Of a stretch of 64,000 nt of DNA, positions 51,456 to 64,000 are shown in pieces. This DNA is from Lama glama. Taxonomy: Eukaryota. Under the pieces are notes generated by a model. It saw nothing but the letters and a program-made list of their open reading frames with translations. It was not told the origin of the DNA and did not search any database. Position numbers and translations under genes: made by a program. The stretch is from assembly GCA_028534125.1 (NCBI GenBank), contig CM052816.1:83330001-83394000 (forward strand), in the 5' to 3' direction. Numbering within the stretch: the first letter of the stretch is position 1; every line of letters begins with the position of its first letter.

Positions 51456-51950
51456 CTCTTGATTTGAGTTTTCCTATAAGCAGAAACAAGACAACAATAA
51501 TTTGAGTACACTTTGTTTCTTTAGAAAGTGATTTGATAAAACATTGATAGGGGAGTAGGTAAGTAACTATGGGAAGGGAAAAAATGGATCACTACAGTAT
51601 GCATTATAAAAGTAGTTACCACTGTGTACACCTGAAGGTCAGTTTCTCTGGGGTAGTCTGGGGACAGTATAATATATGTATGCCTTAGTTCTCCCAACTA
51701 AGGAGCAAGAATTACGTGATGTTTATCCACCAAATCACTAATGTCATTGGACGAGTGTCTCTTCTGAGGCACTTATGCTCCAGAACCGTGTTTTGCCCTG
51801 AATTTGGACCACTGTACTTCTCAGGCCAGAAAAATATCTTTAGACAAAGATTACAGGTATTCAGTAGGTTGCCTTCATCTTGCAGAGCACACTGACAGTT
51901 TATACTACTACCATAGAGTCTAGAAATTTGTACCAGGATACCACATAGAC
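51456..51950 (-). mobile_element. LTR16-family 5' LTR of the adjacent provirus
   Basis: tcttgatttgagttttcctataagcaga...atttgagtacac...taggggagtaggtaagt...agtagttaccactgtg...tttatccaccaaatcactaatgtcattgg. Confidence 0.75.
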
Positions 51951-52959
51951 TGATCAAGGTTTAGAGTTTGCTAGCATTAAAATAATTAACTAGTTTGTAT
52001 AAATTAAGGAAATGAAGGCCAGAAAGAATTAGAAAACCAGGGGGAAGAGATCAAGTCACTAGATTCTATGATGTTAATAAAAGGACAGGAGTAATTGGAA
52101 GAACAGAATTATCACAAGAAGAAGGTGGTTACTGTCACTTTTCCAGCCACATAGAAAAATAGATACTTTGGGGTTTCAGGTATATGTGACATCAGCATTA
52201 TATAGCTCTACAAATAACATTAGGGAATTGATACAGGCAGTCTTTGCTTCCACATCCCCAGCTGCTTTAGGTGTAACCATATCAGCTATGTAATTCATAA
52301 GACTACTGGGGAAGCAGTGGGAAGCAGTATATACCAGAGAGCACCAGGTTTATTCTTAGCAATCAATCACAGGAAGTTTTCTAAGACAGAATTAATTAAG
52401 AGTAGATTATGAAGAACATTTCTATAGGATTAATTTTCTAGATTTTTTTGCGTATTTTCATTTGCTTTGTTTTAAATCAACATTTCAGAAAGCACAATTA
52501 AATCCAGGAGGGAAGTAGTCAGATCCTGGAATGGATAGGAACTCTGTATAAAAATGTGTGAAATCATCTAAGAAGAGAGGGCTGAGTGAATCAAAAGGCA
52601 CATGGTTATTCTTTTAATCTAAATCCCCAGGCAAGAGGCAGTGTTGTATTCCTTCTATAGCTGTTCCATCAAATATCAATTCTCTTCTTACATATTTTCA
52701 GTAAAAGGGAACAAGTGACCTAACCATCACTGGAAGAATTTGATGTGTAGGTCACATAGCAAAAACTATATAAAAATAGACTACATGAAATAAAACTGAA
52801 TGTTGAAGTGACTTTTAGAAGTTCATATAGGTTATCACATATGATATGTAACTAGCATAATAAACAACATTTAATATTACAGAATTAGTGAAGGTGGTAC
52901 ATGCCATTAGGAAGGAAAATAAAAATAGAATTATGGGCCCAGAAAAGCTACACTGGGCT

Positions 52960-53290
52960 AAAAGAACACCTGTGTTCAGTGCTATTGAGGAAGAGAGATC
53001 CTAACAGAGAACCAACTATACAAGCAGCCTGGAGTCAGAATGCAAATGGTTTTGAAAATCTAAGTCTTTTAGAATTCACTCTGTAGGACACGAGGAGTAA
53101 CTGATGGTTTTTAAATAGAGGAGTGGCATGGATAGACATGAGTGATGTTTAGACCTAAGAGAAGGAGAAGATGAGATGAGATCATGTAATCACAAAGTTA
53201 TTCAGCAGTAAAGAGAGGAGGGGCAGTCATAATGAGTTAAGACAATATTTTGGAATAGTTGTTTTGAACTGGTTACTTTCTTTATGAATT
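52960..53290 (-). mobile_element. L2 fragment
   Basis: ttcactctgtaggacacgaggagtaactgatggtttttaaatagaggagtggcatg. Confidence 0.55.
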
Positions 53291-53989
53291 TTTAAATTAA
53301 GAAATAAAGTCCACAAGGGACATTATGAATGTTATCCCATCTCTAGCTTACAAACCTTTTCTGATCTATGAAGTTTTATCAAAATGGATTATGATTAAGA
53401 GGTTAAGTCACAGACCTAGGAATGCCCAAATGACAAAAATTTTGTTTTGATCCAATATCCTTTCCTAGTAGACCCCAGGGACATATCCCAAGAGGGCAAA
53501 ACCCAGGCTCCTCAAACATCTTAGAATTCATTTAAGAATTCATACCAGTACACACTACCCTTCAATGAGGAAGGATGGGTGGTGGTGGAGGAGAGGTACA
53601 GTATAATTGAAAATTTCTTTCTCTAAAATCCATCACTGTATTCTACCTCTGAAACATACAAACCTTAATCATTCCTGCAATATTTCATAATACTGAAAGA
53701 TACATTTTTAAATTTTAAATATTAATGAAGGGACTATTTTAAATACATATATATTTTAGTTCCCATGAATATTTTCCTAAGTCCAAAGCCTACTTCAATG
53801 CAGTCACTTCAAAAAGAGGGGTAAGAAAACAATAAAGAGTAAGCGACTAACTGGAGTTAAACAACTAAAGGAAAAAACAGTGTTTGATTTAGAAAATGCC
53901 ATGTATATGACTTTTTAATAAAAGCTTTTCAAGAGTGACAACATGATGATATCCTTTGTCTATCCCCTTCAATCTACAAACAATAAAAT

Positions 53990-56900
53990 ATCTGTAATTC
54001 AAACAGTGTCTTTGCTCCATGCACACAGACACCAGAGAATTCCACACATCTGTACATCTAAAAGGTGGGTGGGTCACATTTCCAGAGAAACAGGAAGCAT
54101 CAGGGGAGGTAGTGTACACAATACCAGCCTCCTGATTCAGAGATGCCTGTGGCCGCAGGGAATCAGATGGCAGTAGGACCTACAATTCCAACTCTCCAGC
54201 CACGGAGGCAGCTGCAACTCCGACCTCCCCGACCTGCAGTAGTGGTGCCCACAAACCTGACAACCCTGGTCACAGCAGAGACGCCCCCTACCCTGGCTTT
54301 CCTTCCACACTACCCCTTTCCCTGCAATGAAAGAGCTTATGACCCAGGAGACCCTAGATGCAGTAAAGGTGCCCACCGTCCCAGTGCCCCAGGCGGCAAC
54401 ACCAGCAACACTATCAGCAGCAAGACACTATGATTCCAGAGGTAAAAGCAATGACAACAAGAGTTTTAGACAATATCTATGACAGAGATGGTGATGGGTG
54501 GAAAGTACCCATTCTAAAACATAGCCAGAAGCACCTTAGGTAAGAGAAACTTAAAATTTGTATTATACCACTACCTACTGAAGAACAAGGGAAAGACCTC
54601 TAATTCCTAGCATGATGAATTCTTAGAGAAAAAAAAAAAGTTTTACATAAAGAAGAAAGGTGAAAAGTGTTCACTACTTCAAATGTCCCAGCAGAGGAAC
54701 AACCCACCAAACATGAAGAGCCACACAATAACATGGTATTACAAAAAGAAAATAATTCTCTAGAAAACAAGCTTAAAATCATGGAATATTGTGATGTAAT
54801 TGATAGAGAATTCAAAATAGCTGTCATAAAGAAACTCAAAGAAAACTCAGAAAGACAGTTCAATGAGCTCAAAAATATGATGAAAGAAAATAAATCCTTT
54901 ACCAAAAATATCGACATTCTTAAAAAAAAAAATTTCTGGAGCTGAAGAATTCAATGAGATGAAGAATGTATTAAAAAGCATTGGAAATAGAGTGGAACAT
55001 ATAGAAGAGAGAATTAGTGAGCTCAAAGATGGGAATCTTGAAATGATACAGGTAGAAGAGAAGGCAGAATTAAAGTGGAAAAAAAATTCTATGAGGACTA
55101 TCTCACTCTATTAGGAAGGGCAATACTGGAACAATGGGTATCCTAGAAGAGACAGAGGGGAAGAAAGGAGCAGAAAGTATATTTAAAGAAACAATAGATG
55201 AGAATGTCCCAAATCTAAGATGCAAACTAGATATTACAGGTCCATGAAGCTAAGAGAACTCCTAATTACTTCACTATAAAACGAGTTTCTCTGAGACACG
55301 TATTAAAATTGTCAAAAGTTAATGACAAAGAATTTTAGACAGTAGGGGAAAAAAGGATGGTAACCTACAAAGGAACCCCCATTAGACTGTCAGCACATTT
55401 CTCAGTAGAAACTCTACAGGCCAGGAGAGCACAAGATGACATTCAAGATATGGAAAGATAAAAACTTTCAGCCAAGAAAACTGTATTAAGCAAAGTTATT
55501 CAGATATGAAGAAGAAATAAAGGCTTTCCCAGACAAACAAGTGGTTAGGAATTCAACAACACTAGACCTAGCTTATGCAAAATGTTAAAAGGAGCTCTTC
55601 TACCTGAAACAAAAAAGGCAAAAGCACAGAAAAAATTTGAGTAAGGTGACAGAATCAGAAAATTACTTTTTATCAGAAAAGGTTGTTACTTACTTGTACC
55701 AAAAAGGTTAAGGGAAAAACATTAAAAAATAACTAGCTACTTCAGTTTGGTAAGAAACACACAATGTTAAAAGATATAATTTGATAATTTAATAAAACTA
55801 AGGGAAAGAGGAAAAATATGGGACTTATAGCAAATGAAGATAAGAAGCTATCAGTAGAAAGTGACAATTTTATCTGAGATATTTTATACAAACCTTATGG
55901 TAACCACAAAACAAATTGAAAGAAAAGATATGAAACGTTTAGAAAAAGAAGAAACTGAGAAAAACAGAAAATGACCAAACTAAAATGGCAGACAAACACA
56001 TGGAAAAAGGAACAATGCAGATATAGAGCAACCAGAAAACAAGAGATAAAATGGAAATAATAAGTCCTCTTCTATCAATAGTCACCCTACATGTAAATGG
56101 ATTGAATTAACCAATCAAAAGACACAAAGTGACTGAAAGGATTAAAAAACAGGACCCAACTATATGCTGTTTCCGAGAGATTCACACCAGCTCTGAAGAA
56201 GAAAAAAAAAACATAGGCTCCAGGTGAAGAGATGAAGATAATACTCCAAGGAAATGACAGCCAAAAGAAAGTGAGTGTAGTCATACTCATTATAAAAATT
56301 AGACTTCCAGTAAACATAGCAAGAGACAAAGACGAACATTATATAACAATAAAAGGCACAATTTATCAAGATGTAAGTTATTAATATACGTGCACCAGAG
56401 GAGCACCAAAGTATATAAATCAATTATGAACAGAAATAAAGGAGAAATTGATAGCAAATAATCATAGGAGACTTTTTAAGACTTATTTACGTCAATAGAT
56501 AGGTCATTCAGAGGGAAAAGTCCACAAGAAAACAGTGGCCTTAAATGAAACATTAGACCAGAGAGACTTAATAGATTTATACAGAACATTCCATCCAAAT
56601 GCAATAGAATACACATTCGTTCCAAGGGCACATGGAACATTATCGAGGAATAGACCATATGCTGGAATGCAAAATAAGTCTAAATAAATTTAAGAAGATT
56701 TAAATTATATCAAGCATCTCTTCTGCTCATATGGTCTTTAACAAAAAATCAGCTACAAGGAGAAAGCTGGAAAATGTGGAGACTGAACAACTACTGGGTT
56801 AAGAAAGAAATCAAAGGAGAAGTCAAAAACTATCTGAAGATAGAAGAAAATGAAAAAACATATCAAAATCTATGGTATGCATCAAAAATGATACTAAGAG

Positions 56901-57875
56901 GGAAGCTAACAGCAATACAGGATTGCCTCAAGAAATAAGAAAAGTCTCATTCTAACCTTAAACCAAAAGGAACTAGAAAGAGAAGAAATGAAGCCCAACC
57001 AATCAGTAGAAGGGAGGAAACAGTAGAGATTAGAGTGGATTTAGAGACTAAAGAGACAATAGAAAAGATAAATGAAACTTCTAGCTGTTTCTTTGAAAAG
57101 ATGAACACATTTGACAAGCTTTAGCTAGACTTATTAGGAAAGAAAACAAGAGAAGACTTTTATAAATAAAATCAGAAATGAAAGGAGAAATAGCACATAA
57201 CACAGAAATACAAAGGATAATAAGAATATTGTAAACAGCTGTAAGCCAACAAATTTGTCAACCTAGAAGCAACTGATAAATTCTTAGAATCATACAATCT
57301 TTCAAGACTAAATCATTAAAAGGAGTTGAAAAAGTAGATAGTCTGAATAGACTGATCACTTGTAAGGAGACTGAAATAGCAATCAAACACCTCCCAAAAC
57401 AAAAAAATCCAGAATCAGACAGCTACACAGTTCAATTCTACCAAAGATTCAAAGAAGAATTTAACTTCTCTTCTTTGGATAACACTACCCTTCTCAAAAC
57501 CTTCTGAAACTAAAGAGGAAGGAACACTTCCTAACTCATTTTAGGAGTTATGTTATGAGGCCAACATTATCTTGATTCAAGAACCAGATAAAAACAACAC
57601 ACATACATTACAGGCAGATATCTCTGATGAACACAGAATTCTCAATAAAGTACAAAAGACTGAATTCAACAATACATTAAAAGGATCATACACTATGATC
57701 AAGTGAGATTTATCTCAGGGATGCAAGGATGGTTCAACATCCACAAATCAATGTTGTATACCATATTAACAAAATGAAACAAAAATATGATCATCTCAAC
57801 TGATGCAGAAAAAGCATCTGACAAGATTCAATACCCATTTTATGATAAAAATTGCCAATAAAATGAGTATAGAAG
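53990..57875 (+). mobile_element. L1: 5' UTR, degenerate ORF1 (~54733-55620) and ORF2 EN to RT (from 56051), 3'-truncated
   Basis: IDREFKIAVIKKL (ORF 54667..54945); aacctacaaaggaacccccattagactgtcagca; caggacccaactatatgctg; agggatgcaaggatggttcaacat. Confidence 0.93.
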
Positions 57876-58589
57876 TAAAAATACTATGGCTCATCTTTTT
57901 TATTCCAGGGTCAATAATGTGTTTGAAAAACTCCAGTATGAAAAGTGTCCTACAGTATACACTAGCATAATTAATAGAGTGGAAAAAAAGCAGGATTACT
58001 TCTTTCATAGATCAAATTCCACAGGGGCTAGAAGATAGAAATAGTAACATTTAACAATTTTAAAGTATGTGTAGGTCAAAAGATTTCCCAAGATACATTC
58101 ATATTTGATAGAGATCGAAGTAGCAGAATTTAACTACCAAACAGAATGAACTAAAAAAAATAGAGAAAACTTAGTAACATTTTTACTACAATTTGTCTCT
58201 TCTAAAATATCAAAATATAAAAAATAGAGTTCTCTTTTATTATGGTTTTTGAATTACATTTAAAATTTAATCAGATACTTAATATGAAAAATAAGACAAT
58301 TAGAAATATAATTCACTACTACTTATCCCATCTGCACATCTCTCAGTGTTGTTTCATATTATTTTGTATTCTTATGCCTATAATGTTTATATTTTTAAAT
58401 GTAACTTCGATTTTTCTATAATTAAATAAATACGTTATTTATACCACTATAGTTTCAAAGTTTATGCATTCCTGAGTTTTTTTTTTTTATCTTAGCTTGT
58501 CTATTTTTTTTTTAGGGAGAACAAAAATGCTGCATGTACTTAGTTTCTGCAGCTTTAGAATTTCTATTCGTTGCTCCACTATTTGAGCA

Positions 58590-58960
58590 AAAGTGATTTA
58601 TATTTTTCTTAGCCAACACATTTATTCTTTCAACAGCTATAGAACTGGTTCATTTTCTTTGTGCATTGAATGGTATGAGATTTTTTTTCTTCTGTTCGGA
58701 TGTCTCCAGAATTTTTTTCTTTGAATGTCAAAAAATTAGTTCTATATGTCTTAGAGTTTTTAGATCTGAATCAATTATTTTTGGGGGTATGGAAAGTGCC
58801 ATTTCCCACTGTATATGAAATGCTCCTTCATTAGAGGCAAATATTTCTAGCTGCATAGGGTTTAATCCTTCCTGGTTCCTAATATATTACTTCTACAGTT
58901 TGTAAGTACCCCAAATCCTTATGTTGTATTGAAATTTTACGTCTTTGCTAGCTATCTTAT
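58590..58960 (-). mobile_element. HAL1/old L1 ORF1-like fragment
   Basis: ttctatatgtcttagag...tctgaatcaattatttttgggggtatgg...tccttcattagaggcaaatatttc. Confidence 0.45.
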
Positions 58961-59659
58961 TTTAAAATTATTTGTTATTTTATTTTGAATTCTTTGTAAC
59001 TTATATTACAATGTCATGGGTACAACTTCTGGGATTTTGTTCCAAGTACATATTTCAGAGTGACTTAGGATCGATTATAGAATATCCTTCTAAAATTAAA
59101 TAATAAAAAGTCAGTAAGGTCACCACTGGAGGGACTGTATACCAGTCGTCAATCAGTAAGTATCATGTTATAAGCTTCAAAGTTAGTGGGCAATGGAAAA
59201 ACAAAACAGTTTTTTTCTGGTTATTATTGGACTAGTTTCCAAGAATAACTAATTTTTCCAAATGCATGTTAGATATGTAAATAAATCAATAATTTTGAAT
59301 TTTACCGATTTTGGAAAGAAAAATGAGTGACTATAATTCTCTTCTGTTGTCTTGTAACTGTATGGGTTATTGTAAGTTATGTATGCGTGCTAGCATATAT
59401 ATGTGTGAATACATGTCCATGCATACACAGTGAAAATGGGATAGGGACAGTTGAACCTTGGGGGAGAAAAAAAAAAAGACAATTACATTATTTCCAGAAC
59501 CATGGGCTGCAGTTTCCTAAGTTGAATGAATAAGTGAAGCAACTTCATAGCACAAATTTCTCACAGATACAGCTTCTACTAAAGTGTAATAAAACTATAT
59601 TCACATTTTTATAATTATCTTTTTCTATATGAATTAATTGGTTCCTTTAGGGTCAATGA

Positions 59660-62600
59660 ATGTAGGACATTTCCTACATAAGGCCAATTCTCCAAAATTG
59701 GGAAATGTAACTGATCTACATAACACATACAAATAAACATAGAATTGGGCAAAATGAGATGAAAAAATATGTTCCAAACTAAGGGAAAGATAAAACATCA
59801 GAAAAATAATTAAATGGAGAAAAGCAATCTATCTGATGAAGAGTTCAAGGTAATCATTACAAAAACGCTCACTGAACTCAAAAGAATGGATGGAAACAGT
59901 AAGAATTTTAAAAAGGAAAAAATCCTTCTTTTTAACATAAATAACTATTAAACAGAGCTGAAGAATACAATAACTGAAATAAAACGCACTAGATGGAATC
60001 AATAGTAGATCAGATGATAAGGAGGAACTGGTTAGTGACCTGGAAGACATTCAAAACTCTTCACTCAGCTTGTTCACTTGAGCTGAACAGAAAAAAAAAA
60101 TTATTAAAAAATGAGAATAGTTTAAGAGACACTTAGGACAACATCTAACCTAATAACATTTGCATTATATGAGGGGAAGGAAGAGAGAGAAAAAGGGCAA
60201 GGTAACTTATTTGAAGAAATTAAGAGCTGAACACTTCCCTAACCTGAAGAAAGAAAGAGATACCTAAGTCCAAGAAGCAGAGAGTCCCAAACATGAACCC
60301 AAAGTAGTCCACACCAAGATATATTATCATTAAAGTGGCAAAAATTAAAAATAGAATCTTAAAAGCAGCAAGAATGAAATAATGAGTTACATATAAGGGT
60401 ACTCCCATAGGGCTATCGGCTGCCTTTTCAGCAGAAATTTTGCAGGCCAGAAGGGAGTGAAACAATATATTCAAAGTGATGAAAGGGAAAATTCTACAAG
60501 CAAGAATATTTACCCAGCAACATCATTTTTCAGATTTGAAGTAGAGATAAACAAGTTTATGGACAGGCAAAAGCTAAGCGTTCAGCACCAATAAACAGGC
60601 TTTACAAGAAATGATAAAATAACTTCTCTAAGTGGAAAAGGCTACACTTGGAAATATGAAAATTATGAAAGGAAAAATATCTCAGTGATAAAAGCAAACA
60701 TACATTACAGGTAGAAGATCAACTAATTATAAAGCTAATAGGAAGGTTAAAGGACAAAAGTTTTAAAATCATCTATATTTACTTTGAGTAGTTAAGGAAT
60801 ACACACACAAAAGGATGTTAAAATATGACATCAAAAAGATTAAAGTCAGTGGGAGGAATGAAAATGTGGGTTGATTAGAATGTGTTCAAACTTGAAATGT
60901 TAACTTAAAATAATCATGTGTATATAGCTATATATGAACCTCATGGTAACAACCATCCAAAACTTGTAATAGATACATACATGCAACATGAAAAAGGAAT
61001 CCAAATGTAACACTAAAGGTAGCCATTAAATCACAAGAAGAAAAGGTACAAAATAACCTACTAAAAACCCCCAGAAAACAATGTAAAAAATGGCAATAAG
61101 TACATACTTATCAGTAATTAAATGTAAATGGCCTAAGTCAAATTGAAAGATAGGATGAATTAAAGAAAAAACAAGATATATAAATGCTGCTTATAAGAGA
61201 ATTGCTGCAGATTTAAAAACACACAGACTGAAAGTGAGGGGATAGAAAAGAATTATTCCATGCCAAAGGAAATGGGAAGAAAACTGGGCAGCAAAACTTC
61301 GGAGAAATTGACAGCACTACAATAGCAGGGGATTTTAACATCCCACTTACATCAATAGGCACACCATGCATACAAAAAAAGATAAATCAATGAGGAAACA
61401 CTGGACTTAAATGACACATTAGGTCAGACTGAATTAATTGGTATGTAATTAACAGATAAAATTAATAGACATATTCACCAAAAACAGCAGAATACACATT
61501 ATTTTTAAGTGCATATGGAACATTCTCCAAGGTAGATCATATGTTAGGCTACAAAGCATGTCTTAATAGATTTAGGAAGATCGAAATATCAAGCATGTCT
61601 TCCAACCGCAATAGTATGAGACTAAATATTAACTACAAGAAAAACAATTGCAAAATCAGAGACACATGGTATCTAAATAATGTGCTGCTGAACAACTAAT
61701 GGGTCACTGAAGACATACAAGAGTTAATAAGTATTTGGAGACAAATGAAAACAAAAACACAATGATCCAAACTCTATGGGATGCAGCAAAAGCAGTTCTT
61801 AGAGGTAAGTTTATAGTCACACAAGCCTACCTCAGGAAACAACCTCAAGCAACCTATCTTACCTCCCAAGGTACTAAAATAAGGACAAACAAAATCCACT
61901 GTTTATAGAAGGAAATAAATAATAAAGATCAGAGTGGAAATAAAGTAGAGTCTTAATAAAATAGGGGAAAAATCAATAAAAGAACGAACTGTTACTTTGA
62001 AAATGGAATAAAGCTTTAGGAAAAGTCCATTAAGAAAAAGAGGTGCAAATAAAATCAGAAATAAGAGAAATTACTACCAACACCACAGAAAAACAAATGA
62101 TTATAAGAGATTACTAAGAACAATTATATGTCACTAAAATGGAGAATCCAAAAGAAATAGGTAAATTCCTAGAAATGTAAAATCTCCCAAGATTGTATCA
62201 GGAAAAAATAATATAAACAAACTGATTACTAGTAATGAAACTGAATCAGTTAAAATTTTAAAAAAGCCCAACAAACCAAAATCCAGGACCAGACAACTTC
62301 ACAGGTGATTTCTACAAAACATTTAAAGAAAATTTAACCCCTGTCTTTCTCAAAATCTAAGAGGAAGGAACACTTCTAAAGTCATTCTGCTAGGCCAGCA
62401 TCACACTGATCCCAAAACCAGACACCACATACACAAACTACAGGCCAATATTCCTGATGAACATAGATGCAAAAATACTCAATAAAATATCAGTAAAACA
62501 AATTCAACAATACATTTAAAGGATCATCCACACCATAATCAAATAGAATTTATTCCAAGGATGCAAGGAAGATTCAGGATCTGCAGATCAATGATAAACC

Positions 62601-64000
62601 ACATTAACAAATTGGATAAAATTTATATAATTATCTCAATAGATGTAAAAAGATTTCGATAAAATTATTCATTTAGGATAAAAACAACAAAGTGGGTACA
62701 GAGAAACACACCTCAACATAAGAAAACCCACACATAACAAACTCAAGTTCACATCATATTCAACTGCAAAAACCTGAAAGCATTTTCTTTAAGATCAGGA
62801 ACAAGACAAGGATGCCCACTCTTGCCACTTTTATTCAACATAGTATTGAATCCTAGGCAAGGCAATTAGACAAGGAAAAGAAAATGCATCCAAGGAAAAA
62901 GAAAGTAAAATTGGAGAAGTAAAACTGTATCTTTGAACATGATTTTATATACAGAAAACCCTAAAGTCTCCATCCAAGAACTTTTAGAATTCATGAACAA
63001 ATTCAGTAAAATTGCAAGGTACACAATATTCATTTTTATACACTAACAGCAAAATATCAGAAATTGGATCAAAAAGATATAAATACCTCGGAATAAATGT
63101 AACCAAAGAGGTAAAAGACTTGTACTTGGAAAACTATGATACTGATGAAGGAACTGAAGACACCAACAAATGAAAAGATATACTGTGCTCATGGATTAAA
63201 AAAAAATTGTTAAGGTGACCATACTCCCCAAGGCAATCTACAGATTCAATACAATCCTTTCAAAATATGAAAGGCATTTCTCACAGAACTACAACAAGTA
63301 ATTCTAAGATTTGTATGGAAACACAAAACTTCTGAATAGCCAAAGCAATTTTAAGAAGAACAAATATGGAGGTATCATGCTCCCTAATTTCAAGCAATAC
63401 TACAAAGCTCCAGTATTCAAAACAGTGAGGTCCTGACACAAAATCAGACACATAGATCAATGGAACAAAATAAACCCACACTTATATGGTCAATTAATCT
63501 ATAACAAAGGAGGAAAGATTATACAATGGGCAACAATAGCCTCTTTAGTTACTGGTGCTAGGAAAACTACATGCAACATATAATAGAACAGTTACATGCA
63601 AAAATAATCTAACTGGAATAGTTTCTCCCAGTATATCCAAAAATAATTTTAAAATACATTAAAGACTTCGATGTAAGACCTGAAACCACTGAACTCCTAA
63701 CTAAAAAGTTCTAGGCAGTGTGCTCTTTGACATTGGTCTTAGCAACAATATTTTTGGATCTATCTCTTCTGGCAAGGGAAACAAAAACAAAAATAAAGAT
63801 ATGGGACCATATCAAAGTAGGAAGCTTTAAAGTAGTGAAGGAAACTATCAACAAAATAAAAAGTCCCCCTACTGAATAGAAGGTATTTGCAAATGATACG
63901 TTCTATAAGGGATTAACAACCAAAATATATAATGGACTTATACAAATAAACATTTTTTAATGGGCACAAGACTTGAATAGACATTCTTCCAAGGATGACA
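59660..64000 (+). mobile_element. L1: end of 5' UTR, degenerate ORF1 (from 59754) and ORF2 (from 61090), running off the window
   Basis: tctgatgaagagttcaaggtaatc; acatataagggtactcccatagggctatcggctg; aagatcaggaacaagacaaggatgcccactcttgccacttttattcaacatagta; ccatactccccaaggcaatctacagattcaat. Confidence 0.95.

Overview
AT-rich, repeat-dense mammalian genomic DNA, intergenic or deep intronic. It is most likely camelid (alpaca/llama/camel), judged from two tRNA-Ala-derived Vic-1-type SINEs and camelid-type L1 3' ends. I found no recognisable host protein-coding exon, RNA gene, CRISPR array or prokaryotic system. The ORF track consists of chance ORFs, degenerate retroelement fragments or N-gap artefacts. 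The window holds many L1 fragments of different ages, three decayed ERVL-class proviral remnants, MaLR/LTR16 solo LTRs, a tight cluster of five ERV1-type LTRs, Tigger/MER DNA transposons, MIR and L2. The most notable structures are: (1) a young, apparently full-length L1 whose body is hidden in a 500-N assembly gap but is bracketed by a matching TSD; (2) an L1 with a micro-inversion plus a multi-kb internal deletion; (3) an MLT1 (MaLR)-type LTR joined to an internal region that still carries pro/RT/integrase remnants; (4) the LTR cluster at 34.8-37.4 kb. I cannot support a new biological system from this sequence. Family names come from recalled consensus sequences, not a database search. Boundaries of old elements are approximate.
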